Position numbers and translations under genes: made by a program
Part shown: positions 1 to 8,738 of the stretch, one piece after another
How the letters are laid out: the number at the start of each line of letters is the position of its first letter
Position numbering within the stretch: position 1 is the first letter of the stretch
Sequence record: MW021758.1
Reading direction: 5' to 3' (one strand)
DNA: 64,000 nucleotides
The notes under the pieces: generated by a model
Databases searched by the model: none
The model's input: only the letters and a program-made list of their open reading frames with translations
What the model was told of the DNA's origin: nothing

Positions 1-124
1 TTACGATATTGGCGACTTGCTCTGGATGTCTCCAGTAAGGGATGTCGCTACCCTTTCTCTTTTGCCCGATTGCAGAATGGGCAGCGATTGCGAACGTCTT
101 AGCAAACTCAATTAATTGTTCCAT
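1..124 (-). CDS. HD-domain phosphohydrolase (RelA/SpoT-HD / Mesh1-like), N-terminal part; runs off the window edge
   Basis: Not in ORF track. Manual translation from ATG at 124: MEQLIEFAKTFAIAAHSAIGQKRKGSDIPYWRHPEQVANIV. It matches the FA..AH.GQ.RK...PY..HP..VA signature of HD_4 hydrolases. Purine-rich RBS (AGAGAGG) upstream. Confidence 0.75.
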   Translation of the reverse strand, partial: MEQLIEFAKTFAIAAHSAIGQKRKGSDIPYWRHPEQVANIV

Positions 125-162
125 GTAACACCTCTCTATAGTAGTCGGCGATACGTTAAAAG

Positions 163-184
163 CGAGTAGGGTTTCCCCTACTCG
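163..184 (-). terminator. Rho-independent terminator
   Basis: cgagtaggg/ccctactcg stem with a T-tract on the minus strand, just after the stop of 193..1263. Confidence 0.7.
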
Positions 185-192
185 TCTATGTT

Positions 193-1263
193 TTAAAGTT
201 TAGAAGGGAAGGTCTTCAACTTCAGGCTACCGATGTCAACCTCAGTCATTTTGAAATGCTTGACTTTAGCGGGTTGGTAGTTTCCTTTTTCGTCACGAGC
301 AAAGAACGCCTCGTAACGCGTACCCATTTTATCCAGGAAGGCTGGAACCTTATCTGGATCTACAGCCAGTACAAAACTGTCGTACTTAGGCGCAGGTGAC
401 ATGATACCCGGCAGGTGAGAATGTACGTGACCTACGTAGAGCGGCGGGAGATGGATAGACGGAATGTAGATCATACCGTAGAGTTGTAAGATCTGGTGAG
501 CTAGCATCGGATCTTTTGCTTCTAACGATTTAACCAACGCATCAGTGGAGAGTTTACCTACCCATAACTCAGCAATTGCAGTCACCTGTTCCGCAGTAAG
601 GAAACAGACAGTACTACCGTATTCGGTATACTTAACGCCGTAGTAGTACTTAGTTGCCTGTTCAGCTAACCAGAGATCAACATCCGTCCCTTTAGGAATG
701 GCCGTATACTCCAGTTCCTCACCGCCAGACGGAAGTGGGATATACGGGGTCGTGTAGTAAGTCTTCTCCGCTTCATCCAGCGGGTCGTATGGGAACTTAA
801 CCGGAGTACGTTCCCCGAAACTTTGCCAGGTGCTGTAAGTATCGCTAGGATGGACTCTCGAACGATAGACCGCCAGCCACTCGTCGCCCTGTTTAACGAT
901 ATCGTAACCTTCGTAATAGGTTACATCCGACATCTGGTCGTACTTAACCTTACTTGGATCGATCTCTTCCAGTACGTCGAGTCGGTGACCGTTTTGTAAA
1001 AGATCACAAACGCGCAGTACAACGCGAACCAGGTTAGGGTTTGATTGCCATATGGCAGTGACCGCTGCGAGTAACGCAGGTTGGTCGGAGATGTGACCAC
1101 TCAGCTCGTGCAACGTAAAACGACTACTCAACAAATAAGAGTACTCCCCATCTGCTACGAGGAATAGGTCGATGAAACCTTCGGCAAAGTTAACCATCCA
1201 AGGGGTAAATCGCTTAGATTCATGGAAACCTTTTTTATATTTCTCTAATGTAGCAATGCTCAT
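193..1263 (-). CDS. hypothetical protein (356 aa)
   Basis: long ORF coupled to the upstream gene; no recognised motif. Confidence 0.75.
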   Translation of the reverse strand: MSIATLEKYKKGFHESKRFTPWMVNFAEGFIDLFLVADGEYSYLLSSRFTLHELSGHISDQPALLAAVTAIWQSNPNLVRVVLRVCDLLQNGHRLDVLEEIDPSKVKYDQMSDVTYYEGYDIVKQGDEWLAVYRSRVHPSDTYSTWQSFGERTPVKFPYDPLDEAEKTYYTTPYIPLPSGGEELEYTAIPKGTDVDLWLAEQATKYYYGVKYTEYGSTVCFLTAEQVTAIAELWVGKLSTDALVKSLEAKDPMLAHQILQLYGMIYIPSIHLPPLYVGHVHSHLPGIMSPAPKYDSFVLAVDPDKVPAFLDKMGTRYEAFFARDEKGNYQPAKVKHFKMTEVDIGSLKLKTFPSKL

Positions 1264-1721
1264 TTTAGACCCTTATTAGTACAGAATTTGAGAAAGGCTT
1301 TATGGTCATTTACCAAGAAGCCGACATGATCGATAGCTTTGGCGTAGAACGTAGAGCTAAACAACCCTACTTTCAACAATGGCCGCGAACCCGTGTAGAT
1401 CTGCCAGACATCGCTACGAGAGTGTCTAGACACACTGAGATTAGCAGCGCACCCGTGTTCGTAACCGATACCCTCTTTAATAACGCCTGCAGCCTTCAGT
1501 GCTCTGATGAAAACTGTAGGGTAAATGGGTTCGTTGTAATAGACCCAAAGGAGCTTAGGTTCTTGCCCAGGCTCTTTTAGGAATATTACCGCCATGCGTT
1601 TATCTAAGGTATCGGCCACGTCTTCAGATACGGCGAATTTAAAGACCTTTCCTTTTGCCCCTTCGTAACGGTAGCGAGTATAGAAGGATCTCCACATATC
1701 ACGATACGTTTCAAGGAACAT
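1260..1721 (-). CDS. hypothetical protein
   Basis: ORF track; start/stop overlaps with neighbours. Confidence 0.7.
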   Translation of the reverse strand: MFLETYRDMWRSFYTRYRYEGAKGKVFKFAVSEDVADTLDKRMAVIFLKEPGQEPKLLWVYYNEPIYPTVFIRALKAAGVIKEGIGYEHGCAANLSVSRHSRSDVWQIYTGSRPLLKVGLFSSTFYAKAIDHVGFLVNDHKAFLKFCTNKGLK

Positions 1722-1846
1722 CAGTAGACTTCCCCACCAGTAGAAAAGTAAAGGAGTAAGATCATCGAGATTAGTACCGGCAGCGCAATTACCGCAGCGG
1801 TTACTATCGAGTTAATCCACGAAATGAAGTTTTCTTTAGAATTCAT
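1721..1846 (-). CDS. 41-aa single-TM membrane peptide
   Basis: manual translation MNSKENFISWINSIVTAAVIALPVLISMILLLYFSTGGEVY; its stop overlaps the next ATG. Confidence 0.6.
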   Translation of the reverse strand: MNSKENFISWINSIVTAAVIALPVLISMILLLYFSTGGEVY

Positions 1847-1968
1847 TTAAGGCTACCGTTCATTTCCAGAAGGAACATCAATGCCGCAACCACTGCGGCT
1901 GGGATACAAACAACAAAGACCAAAACAATAATGATCTCTAATCGACGTTCCCAAACCTTACGCACCAT
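1843..1968 (-). CDS. 41-aa single-TM membrane peptide
   Basis: manual translation MVRKVWERRLEIIIVLVFVVCIPAAVVAALMFLLEMNGSLK; ATGA overlap with the next ORF. Confidence 0.6.
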   Translation of the reverse strand: MVRKVWERRLEIIIVLVFVVCIPAAVVAALMFLLEMNGSLK

Positions 1969-2509
1969 TGAAGATCCTCCGAGTAAAGTTACGTTCTTCA
2001 TCGACGGTAGTTACGCCGTGCGCAATAAGGATGCCCTGGATGTAACCTAACCAACGATGTTTCTTGGTATCGGACTGATCTTCATTAGAAGCCAACTCTT
2101 CTAACATCCAGACCAAATGACTACCTGTCATGGTAGGGTCTTCCAGATTAAGCGACATAGCCATGTCTTTATAACGCTTAACTAAAGACGGGAAGAAATC
2201 TGCAGGTTGGTAATCGATCGTTATCGTTTTATAGATATAATCCATCGGAGTAAAGTCGGTGTCCTCACTCAGCCAATCACGGTTAGTTGAGCGAAGATAA
2301 TCTTTATCCTCTTTCGTGTTCGCGTTAGCCACCAGGTTAACTGCGTGAGGGAAAGAAGAAGTTACCCCGTCCAGAATACGGAGGATAGACCCGGCGACCA
2401 TGACGCCCGCTTCTTCTTTTGTTTTTGCGATGCGGGAGCAATGTTGGACGTTTGCGTTAATTGCTACTTTCAATTCTTCGAGTAGCTGTTCTCTCGTTTT
2501 GTTAGCCAT
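1958..2509 (-). CDS. hypothetical phage protein (C-terminal HL.WM...KKHRWLGYIQG domain)
   Basis: start moved to ATG 2509 (MANKT, RBS CAGGAG) because the track start lies in a terminator; C-terminal motif recalled as common in phage proteins. Confidence 0.7.
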   Translation of the reverse strand: MANKTREQLLEELKVAINANVQHCSRIAKTKEEAGVMVAGSILRILDGVTSSFPHAVNLVANANTKEDKDYLRSTNRDWLSEDTDFTPMDYIYKTITIDYQPADFFPSLVKRYKDMAMSLNLEDPTMTGSHLVWMLEELASNEDQSDTKKHRWLGYIQGILIAHGVTTVDEERNFTRRIFNGA

Positions 2510-2533
2510 GGTGATCTCCTGACAAAAATAATA

Positions 2534-2549
2534 GAGGGCCGAAGCCCTC
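2534..2549 (-). terminator. terminator with cUUCGg loop
   Basis: gagggc-cgaa-gccctc with a T-tract on the minus strand. Confidence 0.7.
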
Positions 2550-2559
2550 ATGTTTTTAG

Positions 2560-3000
2560 TTACTTAGTGACGACATCGTAGCCGATGAGTTTTTCAATAG
2601 TTAGAACATTGTTCGACTCAAGTGAATGTGCGATCACAATAGCGCGTATACCTAGTCCAAATGGTACGTTATCGTCAACCATCTTTCTGAGGCGCTTGCT
2701 CGGTTCGATTACGAGATACGGCTCGTCTGCCTTAAGGTCGGCGTCTACCAAGATCCCGATGCTGTTAAACGTATCTTTTGCTTCGAGTCGCTTGAAGTAA
2801 TCGGCGACATCGACAAAGCCAGTCATGTCCGGGTGCCCAAACGTACCTACGACTTTACCGATGTTGTCCTTAGTGAACTTATCGATTACTTCTTCCGAAG
2901 CGTTATAGATCCGTCCGTCGATTTTAGACGGGACACCTAACTTACTTACGAAGATAGTAATGGTGCCATCTTCGTTAACTACGCGCGAATGTTCAGACAT
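2560..3000 (-). CDS. prohead-protease-fold (S80-like) paralog, probably degenerate
   Basis: GTFGHP, FGLGIRA and LIGYDVV resemble the G.GHP / FSIRS / TxD.V motifs of T4 gp21/phiKZ gp175-type proteases; catalytic Ser appears absent. Confidence 0.5.
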   Translation of the reverse strand: MSEHSRVVNEDGTITIFVSKLGVPSKIDGRIYNASEEVIDKFTKDNIGKVVGTFGHPDMTGFVDVADYFKRLEAKDTFNSIGILVDADLKADEPYLVIEPSKRLRKMVDDNVPFGLGIRAIVIAHSLESNNVLTIEKLIGYDVVTK

Positions 3001-3070
3001 TAACAGTACCACTCATCAGGCCAGGAGAAATGCGCATTATTCATAATACGTTCCCTTTAGGTTAAAAATA

Positions 3071-3094
3071 AGGGAGAGGAATTAACCCCTCCCT
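3071..3094 (-). terminator. Rho-independent terminator
   Basis: agggagagg-aattaa-cccctccct with A-rich flank on plus. Confidence 0.65.
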
Positions 3095-3098
3095 ACGC

Positions 3099-3347
3099 TT
3101 AGTTACTGATACAGATAACTGACACGATATAGACGTACAGCGAAACGTACTGGACGATAATAGCCCATTTGGCCTCGCGGTATTTACTAACGAAGAGTCC
3201 GACCGCTACAATGAAAGAAACGATCGAAGCGATAGGCGCGATCCAGAAAGGAACGACATCGTGAAAGTTAGGAACGGCGAGTGCCAAAGTTAACACCGTC
3301 AAACACGCCAGTGTAACGGCAATGGCAACCTTACACGCACTACTCAT
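3099..3347 (-). CDS. small multi-TM membrane protein
   Basis: three hydrophobic segments. Confidence 0.7.
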   Translation of the reverse strand: MSSACKVAIAVTLACLTVLTLALAVPNFHDVVPFWIAPIASIVSFIVAVGLFVSKYREAKWAIIVQYVSLYVYIVSVICISN

Positions 3348-3921
3348 ATTTCCCCTCCCGCCAATGTTTACGGCAGACAGCTACGTAGCTATCGTTACCC
3401 CCAATCTGAACCTGTGGGCCAGAACGCAGAACCTTACCCTCGCCATCCAAACGGAGAACGTGAGTAGATTTAGAACCGCACCAACAGATCGATTTGATTT
3501 CTACCAACTTGTCAGCCATTGCTAACAGTCGAGCAGATCCAGGGAACGCTTCGCCACGGAAGTCGTTACGTAGCCCATAGCAGAGCACTGGGATATCCAT
3601 AGCGTCTACGATGAAGGCTAACTGACTTACTTGAGCAGCAGTGAGGAATTGAGCCTCATCAACCAGGATACAATCCAGCTTTCCGTTTAACAAAATGTCG
3701 TTACGGATATAGCTTGGAAGATCCATCTCTTCACGGATGATGACAGCTTCAACGTGAAGGCCGATTCGACTGACGACTTCTTGCTCAGAGTCACGCGTAT
3801 CGATTGCAGGCTTCATTACCAGAGGACGCATACGACGTTCACGGTAGTTGTAGGCCGACTGAATAAGCGTGGTCGATTTCCCTGAGTTCATGGAAGCGTA
3901 GTAGAAGTAAAGATTTGACAT
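3340..3921 (-). CDS. tdk: thymidine kinase
   Basis: YASMNSGKST P-loop, ILVDEAQFL, CYGLRNDF, zinc-binding C.CG...VC. Confidence 0.95.
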   Translation of the reverse strand: MSNLYFYYASMNSGKSTTLIQSAYNYRERRMRPLVMKPAIDTRDSEQEVVSRIGLHVEAVIIREEMDLPSYIRNDILLNGKLDCILVDEAQFLTAAQVSQLAFIVDAMDIPVLCYGLRNDFRGEAFPGSARLLAMADKLVEIKSICWCGSKSTHVLRLDGEGKVLRSGPQVQIGGNDSYVAVCRKHWREGKYE

Positions 3922-3933
3922 CTAGCGATTCCT

Positions 3934-4233
3934 TTAAAGCGTGAATACCTCAAAGTACCAGGCCGTAATAACACAACCCAGAACCGATCCCAACGCACAC
4001 CAGATAACCGCGTTGGTGACCGAGGTAACGATCTTAGCACGGAGAATCCACAGTACTGCCAGATTCTCAATGATAATCGACGCAATGAAAATAAAGACCA
4101 GTTGGTTGTAAATGTCTTCAGGTTCAACCAAGAACTGGAAGTACCCAAAGACAACCACCACGAATTGCACGAGGTAGATTAAGTTCTCTACCGCCCCGCC
4201 ACGACGCGGGTATTTTTGGTCAGTCTTTAGCAT
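3934..4233 (-). CDS. small multi-TM membrane protein
   Basis: three hydrophobic segments; start uncertain (TTG). Confidence 0.6.
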   Translation of the reverse strand: MLKTDQKYPRRGGAVENLIYLVQFVVVVFGYFQFLVEPEDIYNQLVFIFIASIIIENLAVLWILRAKIVTSVTNAVIWCALGSVLGCVITAWYFEVFTL

Positions 4234-4549
4234 GGTGAATGCTCCGTCGTTTAGACTTGTTATCGACTCTCTCGTTCTCCATCGACGTAGTGATCCTGGC
4301 TACAACGTAACCGAGGAACGAAGTGAAGGGCAGGAAGCCGAGATGACTCCAGTCTTTAGTAATAGGTGCGATAACCACAAAACCAAAGATAGTCATAAGA
4401 CCAGCTGCGACCAACACCCAAGTCGTCGCTCTAGTCAACTGACCAATGACTTCAGAGTGACGAATCCCGATGAACGTGAAGGTTGACACCACGAAGAGAA
4501 CGAAGTAAAAGCCAGACAGGAAATTCTCAGAACGAATATACTCTATCAT
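4220..4549 (-). CDS. small multi-TM membrane protein
   Basis: three hydrophobic segments, basic C-terminus. Confidence 0.7.
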   Translation of the reverse strand: MIEYIRSENFLSGFYFVLFVVSTFTFIGIRHSEVIGQLTRATTWVLVAAGLMTIFGFVVIAPITKDWSHLGFLPFTSFLGYVVARITTSMENERVDNKSKRRSIHHAKD

Positions 4550-4550
4550 T

Positions 4551-4862
4551 TTAAATGTCCATGATGTAGAAAAGGATCGTTAATGAAACGGCGAATGAAA
4601 TACTTGGGATCATCGACAGGTAATCCAAGTACCCTTTCTCCAGCCACGCCTTGAGGCGATTCGTACTACGGAAGATACCGTAGCTATAAAGCATAATGCA
4701 AACGACTACTCCGGAGAAACCCAGCGTAGTAATAACCATGAGTGTATCTTCACTGAGGTCTTTGTAGATCACTGAGAAAATATAAGTAAGTGCAGCAGCA
4801 TAAATCGGAACAATCAACGTAAGTAAACGGGGCACAACGAATCTCCTTATTAGACAAAACAA
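4551..4862 (-). CDS. small multi-TM membrane protein
   Basis: three hydrophobic segments; start uncertain. Confidence 0.65.
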   Translation of the reverse strand: MFCLIRRFVVPRLLTLIVPIYAAALTYIFSVIYKDLSEDTLMVITTLGFSGVVVCIMLYSYGIFRSTNRLKAWLEKGYLDYLSMIPSISFAVSLTILFYIMDI

Positions 4863-4871
4863 AAAATAGAG

Positions 4872-4891
4872 GGCAGGGAACTACCCCTGCC
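4872..4891 (-). terminator. Rho-independent terminator
   Basis: ggcaggg-aactac-ccctgcc plus long T-tract on minus. Confidence 0.7.
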
Positions 4892-4902
4892 GAAGAACGA
4901 AC

Positions 4903-5019
4903 TTAATCGTCTTCATCCTCTACTTCTCCAACTTCCAGCTCTTCCTCTTCTTCGTCCAATTCCCCCGCAGCAGCAGAACAAAGAATAGCACCCATGATAA
5001 AGTCCAAGAAATCACCCAT
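4903..5019 (-). CDS. 38-aa peptide with hydrophobic N-half and highly acidic tail
   Basis: manual translation MGDFLDFIMGAILCSAAAGELDEEEEELEVGEVEDEDD; GGAG RBS; sits between an early-type promoter and a terminator. Confidence 0.7.
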   Translation of the reverse strand: MGDFLDFIMGAILCSAAAGELDEEEEELEVGEVEDEDD

Positions 5020-5052
5020 CTTTAAAAACTCCAATATGTTTTATTAAATGTT

Positions 5053-5072
5053 CATTCAAATAAGTGATATAG
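5053..5072 (-). promoter_or_regulatory. phiKZ-type early promoter (variant)
   Basis: minus CTATATCAC-N6-GAATG, one mismatch to the TATATTAC core. Confidence 0.6.
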
Positions 5073-5093
5073 TTCTGAAAAGAATTCGAATAA

Positions 5094-5117
5094 GGTAGAG
5101 AGCCGAAGCCCTCTACC
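5094..5117 (-). terminator. terminator with cUUCGg loop
   Basis: ggtagag-agccgaagcc-ctctacc after the phoH stop. Confidence 0.65.
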
Positions 5118-5123
5118 CAATGG

Positions 5124-5900
5124 TTACGAATAAATCTCCAGACCCAGCTGACAGATCGGTGAACGCACGCAGTCATCCTTAACGAACTTGATTACGGGAA
5201 TGTCAATATCCCGTTCTTCAATACGACGAATCAGATCAAGCAGACCTGAATCGTTTTTGTTTGGCAGATCGCACTGCTCAATGTCGCCATTGATAATTAC
5301 AGTGGAGTTCATGCCGATACGCGTAATGAAGAGACGCATCTGGTTGACAGTAACGTTCTGAGCTTCGTCCAGAATGACAACCGCATCATCGAATGTACGA
5401 CCACGCATATAAGCGAAAGGTGCAATCTCGACTTTCTCGATCATCGGTTTCAGGCAATACTCGAGGAAGCTATTACCCAGGCGTTTACGCAACACGTCGT
5501 AAACTGGACGGAAGAACGGGCGGAATTTTTCGGAGATGTCACCGGGCAAGAAACCCAGATCTTCTTCAGCAGTCAACACAGGACGCGTTACGATAATCCG
5601 ATCAGTCTCTTTTGCCAGAAGACGATCAGCTGCCCAGGCAGCGCAGATATAGGTTTTACCTGCACCAGCAGAGCCCGTAGACACGATGATGTTGCTTAGT
5701 TCTAAAGCGTTAAGGTATTGCGCTTGGTTATCGTTACGTGGCTCCAGAGGGCTTGTATCGCGCTTCTCTTTAGCCATGCCGATAACGTCGTGACCACCGG
5801 CAGTTGGGAACTCTACCAGATTATCAATGCCACGATTGTTTTGTCTTTTTGCTTTACGAACATCGCGACGTTTAACTGTCGCGGCTTTTTGACGACCCAT
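5124..5900 (-). CDS. phoH: PhoH-family ATPase
   Basis: GSAGAGKT, IIVTRP, LGFLPGD, YMRGRTF, ILDEAQN, GDIEQCD, VRS motifs; start set at MGRQK (RBS AAGGTGG). Confidence 0.95.
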   Translation of the reverse strand: MGRQKAATVKRRDVRKAKRQNNRGIDNLVEFPTAGGHDVIGMAKEKRDTSPLEPRNDNQAQYLNALELSNIIVSTGSAGAGKTYICAAWAADRLLAKETDRIIVTRPVLTAEEDLGFLPGDISEKFRPFFRPVYDVLRKRLGNSFLEYCLKPMIEKVEIAPFAYMRGRTFDDAVVILDEAQNVTVNQMRLFITRIGMNSTVIINGDIEQCDLPNKNDSGLLDLIRRIEERDIDIPVIKFVKDDCVRSPICQLGLEIYS

Positions 5901-5996
5901 CTGTACCACCTTAGCGGGAGATTAAGAGGTTTCTTAAACGGGGGAGTTCAGAAACGTTTCGCGTTCATAAAAAATAAAAGAGTAATACGTAAAATA

Positions 5997-6023
5997 ATCC
6001 CCTACCCGGATAGGTAGAGGGAT
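5997..6023 (-). terminator. Rho-independent terminator
   Basis: atcccctacc...ggtagagggat stem with T-tract. Confidence 0.6.
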
Positions 6024-6027
6024 CGGT

Positions 6028-6393
6028 TTAGTTCATGACAACCCAAGTACCTTTAGGAGCGTACTTGCGATAGAATTCTTTCTTGGCACCGTTACGAATC
6101 ATGGCTACGATGATGTTACCGTTCTCGGTTGTGATCTTGGCCATCAGCTCGAAGCCTGCATCGCATTGGAAGAAGCTAACGACGTAGACGAGGTTATCTT
6201 TATCGATACCGTTGTCATTGTACATCAGCGTACAGCGAGAGGTTTTATGGGTTTGCAGGTTTTTGACCCGAGCAGTAGTGTCGCCCACTACGAAATCGTA
6301 GTCAGGTGCGTCGCTCATGTGGATCAGACTTGCATTGGCAGAGAAAGATGCCAGGGACAGTACGGCTACGAATAACGCGATAACGAATTTCAT
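6028..6393 (-). CDS. exported protein, C-x22-C family paralog 1
   Basis: Sec signal ending ANA; two Cys 22 aa apart. Confidence 0.8.
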   Translation of the reverse strand: MKFVIALFVAVLSLASFSANASLIHMSDAPDYDFVVGDTTARVKNLQTHKTSRCTLMYNDNGIDKDNLVYVVSFFQCDAGFELMAKITTENGNIIVAMIRNGAKKEFYRKYAPKGTWVVMN

Positions 6394-6731
6394 TTGGTTG
6401 TTTCCTTATTGAAGTAGTTGCTGTAGTAAACTACATTGGTTGCCTTGTCACCGATGATAGCTTGCGTGAAAGGTTGGTTGTCGTAGGTCTTGTGGGCGAA
6501 CATTATGTTGGCGCCACAACTATAGAGTTTCAGTTGGTACTTTCCGTATTCTGAATCGAGTTCCCGGCTGGTCTTCTCTAACTCACAATACAGGGTCTGG
6601 TCGTCGTAATTAACGACTGAGGTTTTATCACCGATCACGGCATTAAAGTCAGTTCCCTCACTAAGGGTCGTGGTGTCAGCATATGCGCTAAAAGAAATCA
6701 AAGCCAGTAATACGATGATAAAACGGTTCAT
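6390..6731 (-). CDS. exported protein, C-x22-C family paralog 2
   Basis: Sec signal ending AYA; C-x22-C. Confidence 0.8.
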   Translation of the reverse strand: MNRFIIVLLALISFSAYADTTTLSEGTDFNAVIGDKTSVVNYDDQTLYCELEKTSRELDSEYGKYQLKLYSCGANIMFAHKTYDNQPFTQAIIGDKATNVVYYSNYFNKETTK

Positions 6732-6749
6732 GTCAAATTGCCTTATTGA

Positions 6750-7109
6750 TTAGTCGATGAGTTCAAGAGCAGCCAGCGGCAGTTCTTTGGTGTAGAGAGT
6801 ATCTTTGTACAGGAAGACGCTAACTTCTACAGTGTGACGTTCTTGGTTAGTGGTGAAGGTAGCCCACATCTTACCACCACAAAGGTAGTTAGCACCACGG
6901 TAAGTTGTACCATCACTTTCTTTACCCGTGATGTTTTCGTTGAAGGTACAACGAGTAACACCGCCGTGTGCGTCGTTCTTAATTTTCAGCAGGTTACCGC
7001 GAAGAGTAATCTCATTGCTGTAGTCATCGTACAGACGATAGTTGTTAGCATAAGCAGAACCAGCAAAAGTCAGAAGAGCGATAGCGAAGATAGCGTGGAT
7101 GAGTTTCAT
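6750..7109 (-). CDS. exported protein, C-x22-C family paralog 3
   Basis: Sec signal ending AYA; C-x22-C. Confidence 0.8.
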   Translation of the reverse strand: MKLIHAIFAIALLTFAGSAYANNYRLYDDYSNEITLRGNLLKIKNDAHGGVTRCTFNENITGKESDGTTYRGANYLCGGKMWATFTTNQERHTVEVSVFLYKDTLYTKELPLAALELID

Positions 7110-7148
7110 TTGGTTTTCCTAATTAAGATTGGGACAAGTGAGAATAAA

Positions 7149-7170
7149 CTAGGGGAACATGTCCCCCTAG
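7149..7170 (-). terminator. Rho-independent terminator
   Basis: ctagggga-acatg-tccccctag. Confidence 0.6.
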
Positions 7171-7179
7171 TAAAGTTTG

Positions 7180-7632
7180 TTAAGCAATTTTGCACTGAGC
7201 CATTTCACAACCGGCATATCTGGAAGTGACATAATGGAGAGCATCATTGTGATGTTTCCATGGCGCCGTAAAACCGTACCAGGAAGCCCCAACAGCGATT
7301 AACAGGTTACCCAACACTTCGCCTTGGGCATACTCTCCAAAGACGATTACGCGAGTTCCCAGTTCAGTTTCCAGGTTCACCAGGCCAGGTAAGTCCATGT
7401 AGGTTGTGAAGTCGTATTCGTTGGCCACCACTACGGCATATTTCTGTTCTTTTATTTCGAAGAATTTGAACGAGTTTTTATTAGCCTTGGCCAATTCAAA
7501 CGCTTCACCGAATTCGTTCCCAAGAATGCATTTTACAATTGCGGTCTGGAAAGGTGAATCAGACAGCGCGATGAAAGCATGACCTTCTACGTCTGACTTA
7601 ACGAATTTCTTGAGGTGTTGGATCGGGTTCAT
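7180..7632 (-). CDS. hypothetical protein
   Basis: ORF with RBS AAGGA, flanked by terminators. Confidence 0.7.
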   Translation of the reverse strand: MNPIQHLKKFVKSDVEGHAFIALSDSPFQTAIVKCILGNEFGEAFELAKANKNSFKFFEIKEQKYAVVVANEYDFTTYMDLPGLVNLETELGTRVIVFGEYAQGEVLGNLLIAVGASWYGFTAPWKHHNDALHYVTSRYAGCEMAQCKIA

Positions 7633-7678
7633 TGTTATTTCCTTTTTAAGTTTAAAGTGTTTGTATTTAGTTATTAAA

Positions 7679-7696
7679 GGAGGGGATTTCCCCTCC
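7679..7696 (-). terminator. Rho-independent terminator
   Basis: ggagggg-attt-cccctcc. Confidence 0.6.
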
Positions 7697-7707
7697 GTAT
7701 TTTTTGG

Positions 7708-8028
7708 TTATTTCTTCAGAACCGAATCAATGAAGTCCGGGTAGTCGTCTTTCTGATCGAAGATAGCGAACGTGATCAGTTCACTTTCCGGCTTGTTACG
7801 AATCCAGAGCTGCTTGCCGTTGCTGCATTTCCAGGCAGAGGTAGCATCTTTACTGATTACCAAAGCGCACTTGGTGACTTTACCATTCTGCTCGATTTCT
7901 GCTAACTTACCATCAATGGTGAATGTAACGCCCTTGTCGGTATGGTAGACGTTGCTTGCTTCCGCTTTAGGAAGGAAAGGTACAGTTGCAATAAGAACAG
8001 TAGTTAGTACGGTAATGATTGTTTTCAT
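7708..8028 (-). CDS. exported protein, same family (C-x13-C variant)
   Basis: signal ending AEA; IDGKLAEIEQ..VTKC aligns with the paralogs. Confidence 0.75.
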   Translation of the reverse strand: MKTIITVLTTVLIATVPFLPKAEASNVYHTDKGVTFTIDGKLAEIEQNGKVTKCALVISKDATSAWKCSNGKQLWIRNKPESELITFAIFDQKDDYPDFIDSVLKK

Positions 8029-8120
8029 TATTAGATCTCCATTTGTAAAATTTTAGGTATAAAGTATTGTTATGAGGAGAGCCTAAGAAACTTCCGATTC
8101 CCTAAGCTCCCCTTGTTGGT

Positions 8121-8639
8121 TTAACTGATGTTTAACCTCCGCTTTATCTTAGGTAGTAACCGAACGACTAGTGATTTAAAGCACATAACCAGAGTTGGAC
8201 GAGTTAGGTCGTCCAACTCTTTATGCTCGTGTTTCATGACTAAGTCGATAGTGATCAATCTACGTTCCTTAACCAGCATTATGTAGAATGAAATCAACGC
8301 TGAAAGTATTAGTAGAATAAGTGACTGTTTCGGGAAAGTGTAGATGATAGTACCTATTGCCAGAAGCTTCACAAAGTTGCTTTGGTAGGCTTTAGAGAAT
8401 AGGTTATAGAGAAACATGGATTTATCTACGATCTCCTCAGGGGACAGATCTTTGATGGTCATGGTTAAGTCGTCTAAATGTATTTTATTAAACAACTTTA
8501 ACTCAGGCTCCTCCCAAAAACGATCTAACGTGATACCTACCACGTAACACGCCCTCCCGCCCATGTCCTCCTTCATAGCCTTATCTACTCGGTAGTTGTT
8601 GATAACCCCAAGTAAATAGGACTTTACTCGCTTTAACAT
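8121..8639 (-). CDS. membrane protein
   Basis: hydrophobic hairpin in the C-terminal half. Confidence 0.7.
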   Translation of the reverse strand: MLKRVKSYLLGVINNYRVDKAMKEDMGGRACYVVGITLDRFWEEPELKLFNKIHLDDLTMTIKDLSPEEIVDKSMFLYNLFSKAYQSNFVKLLAIGTIIYTFPKQSLILLILSALISFYIMLVKERRLITIDLVMKHEHKELDDLTRPTLVMCFKSLVVRLLPKIKRRLNIS

Positions 8640-8685
8640 AAGCTTTCCCTTTTGTAATGTTTTGAAAAGAAGGCTTTACTATAGA

Positions 8686-8705
8686 CCTTCGCGCTGGTTA
8701 TATAG
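8686..8705 (-). promoter_or_regulatory. possible early promoter (variant)
   Basis: minus CTATATAAC-N6-GAAGG; one mismatch in the core. Confidence 0.4.
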
Positions 8706-8738
8706 ACACCAAAAAAATTGGAAATGGATATAATAGGA

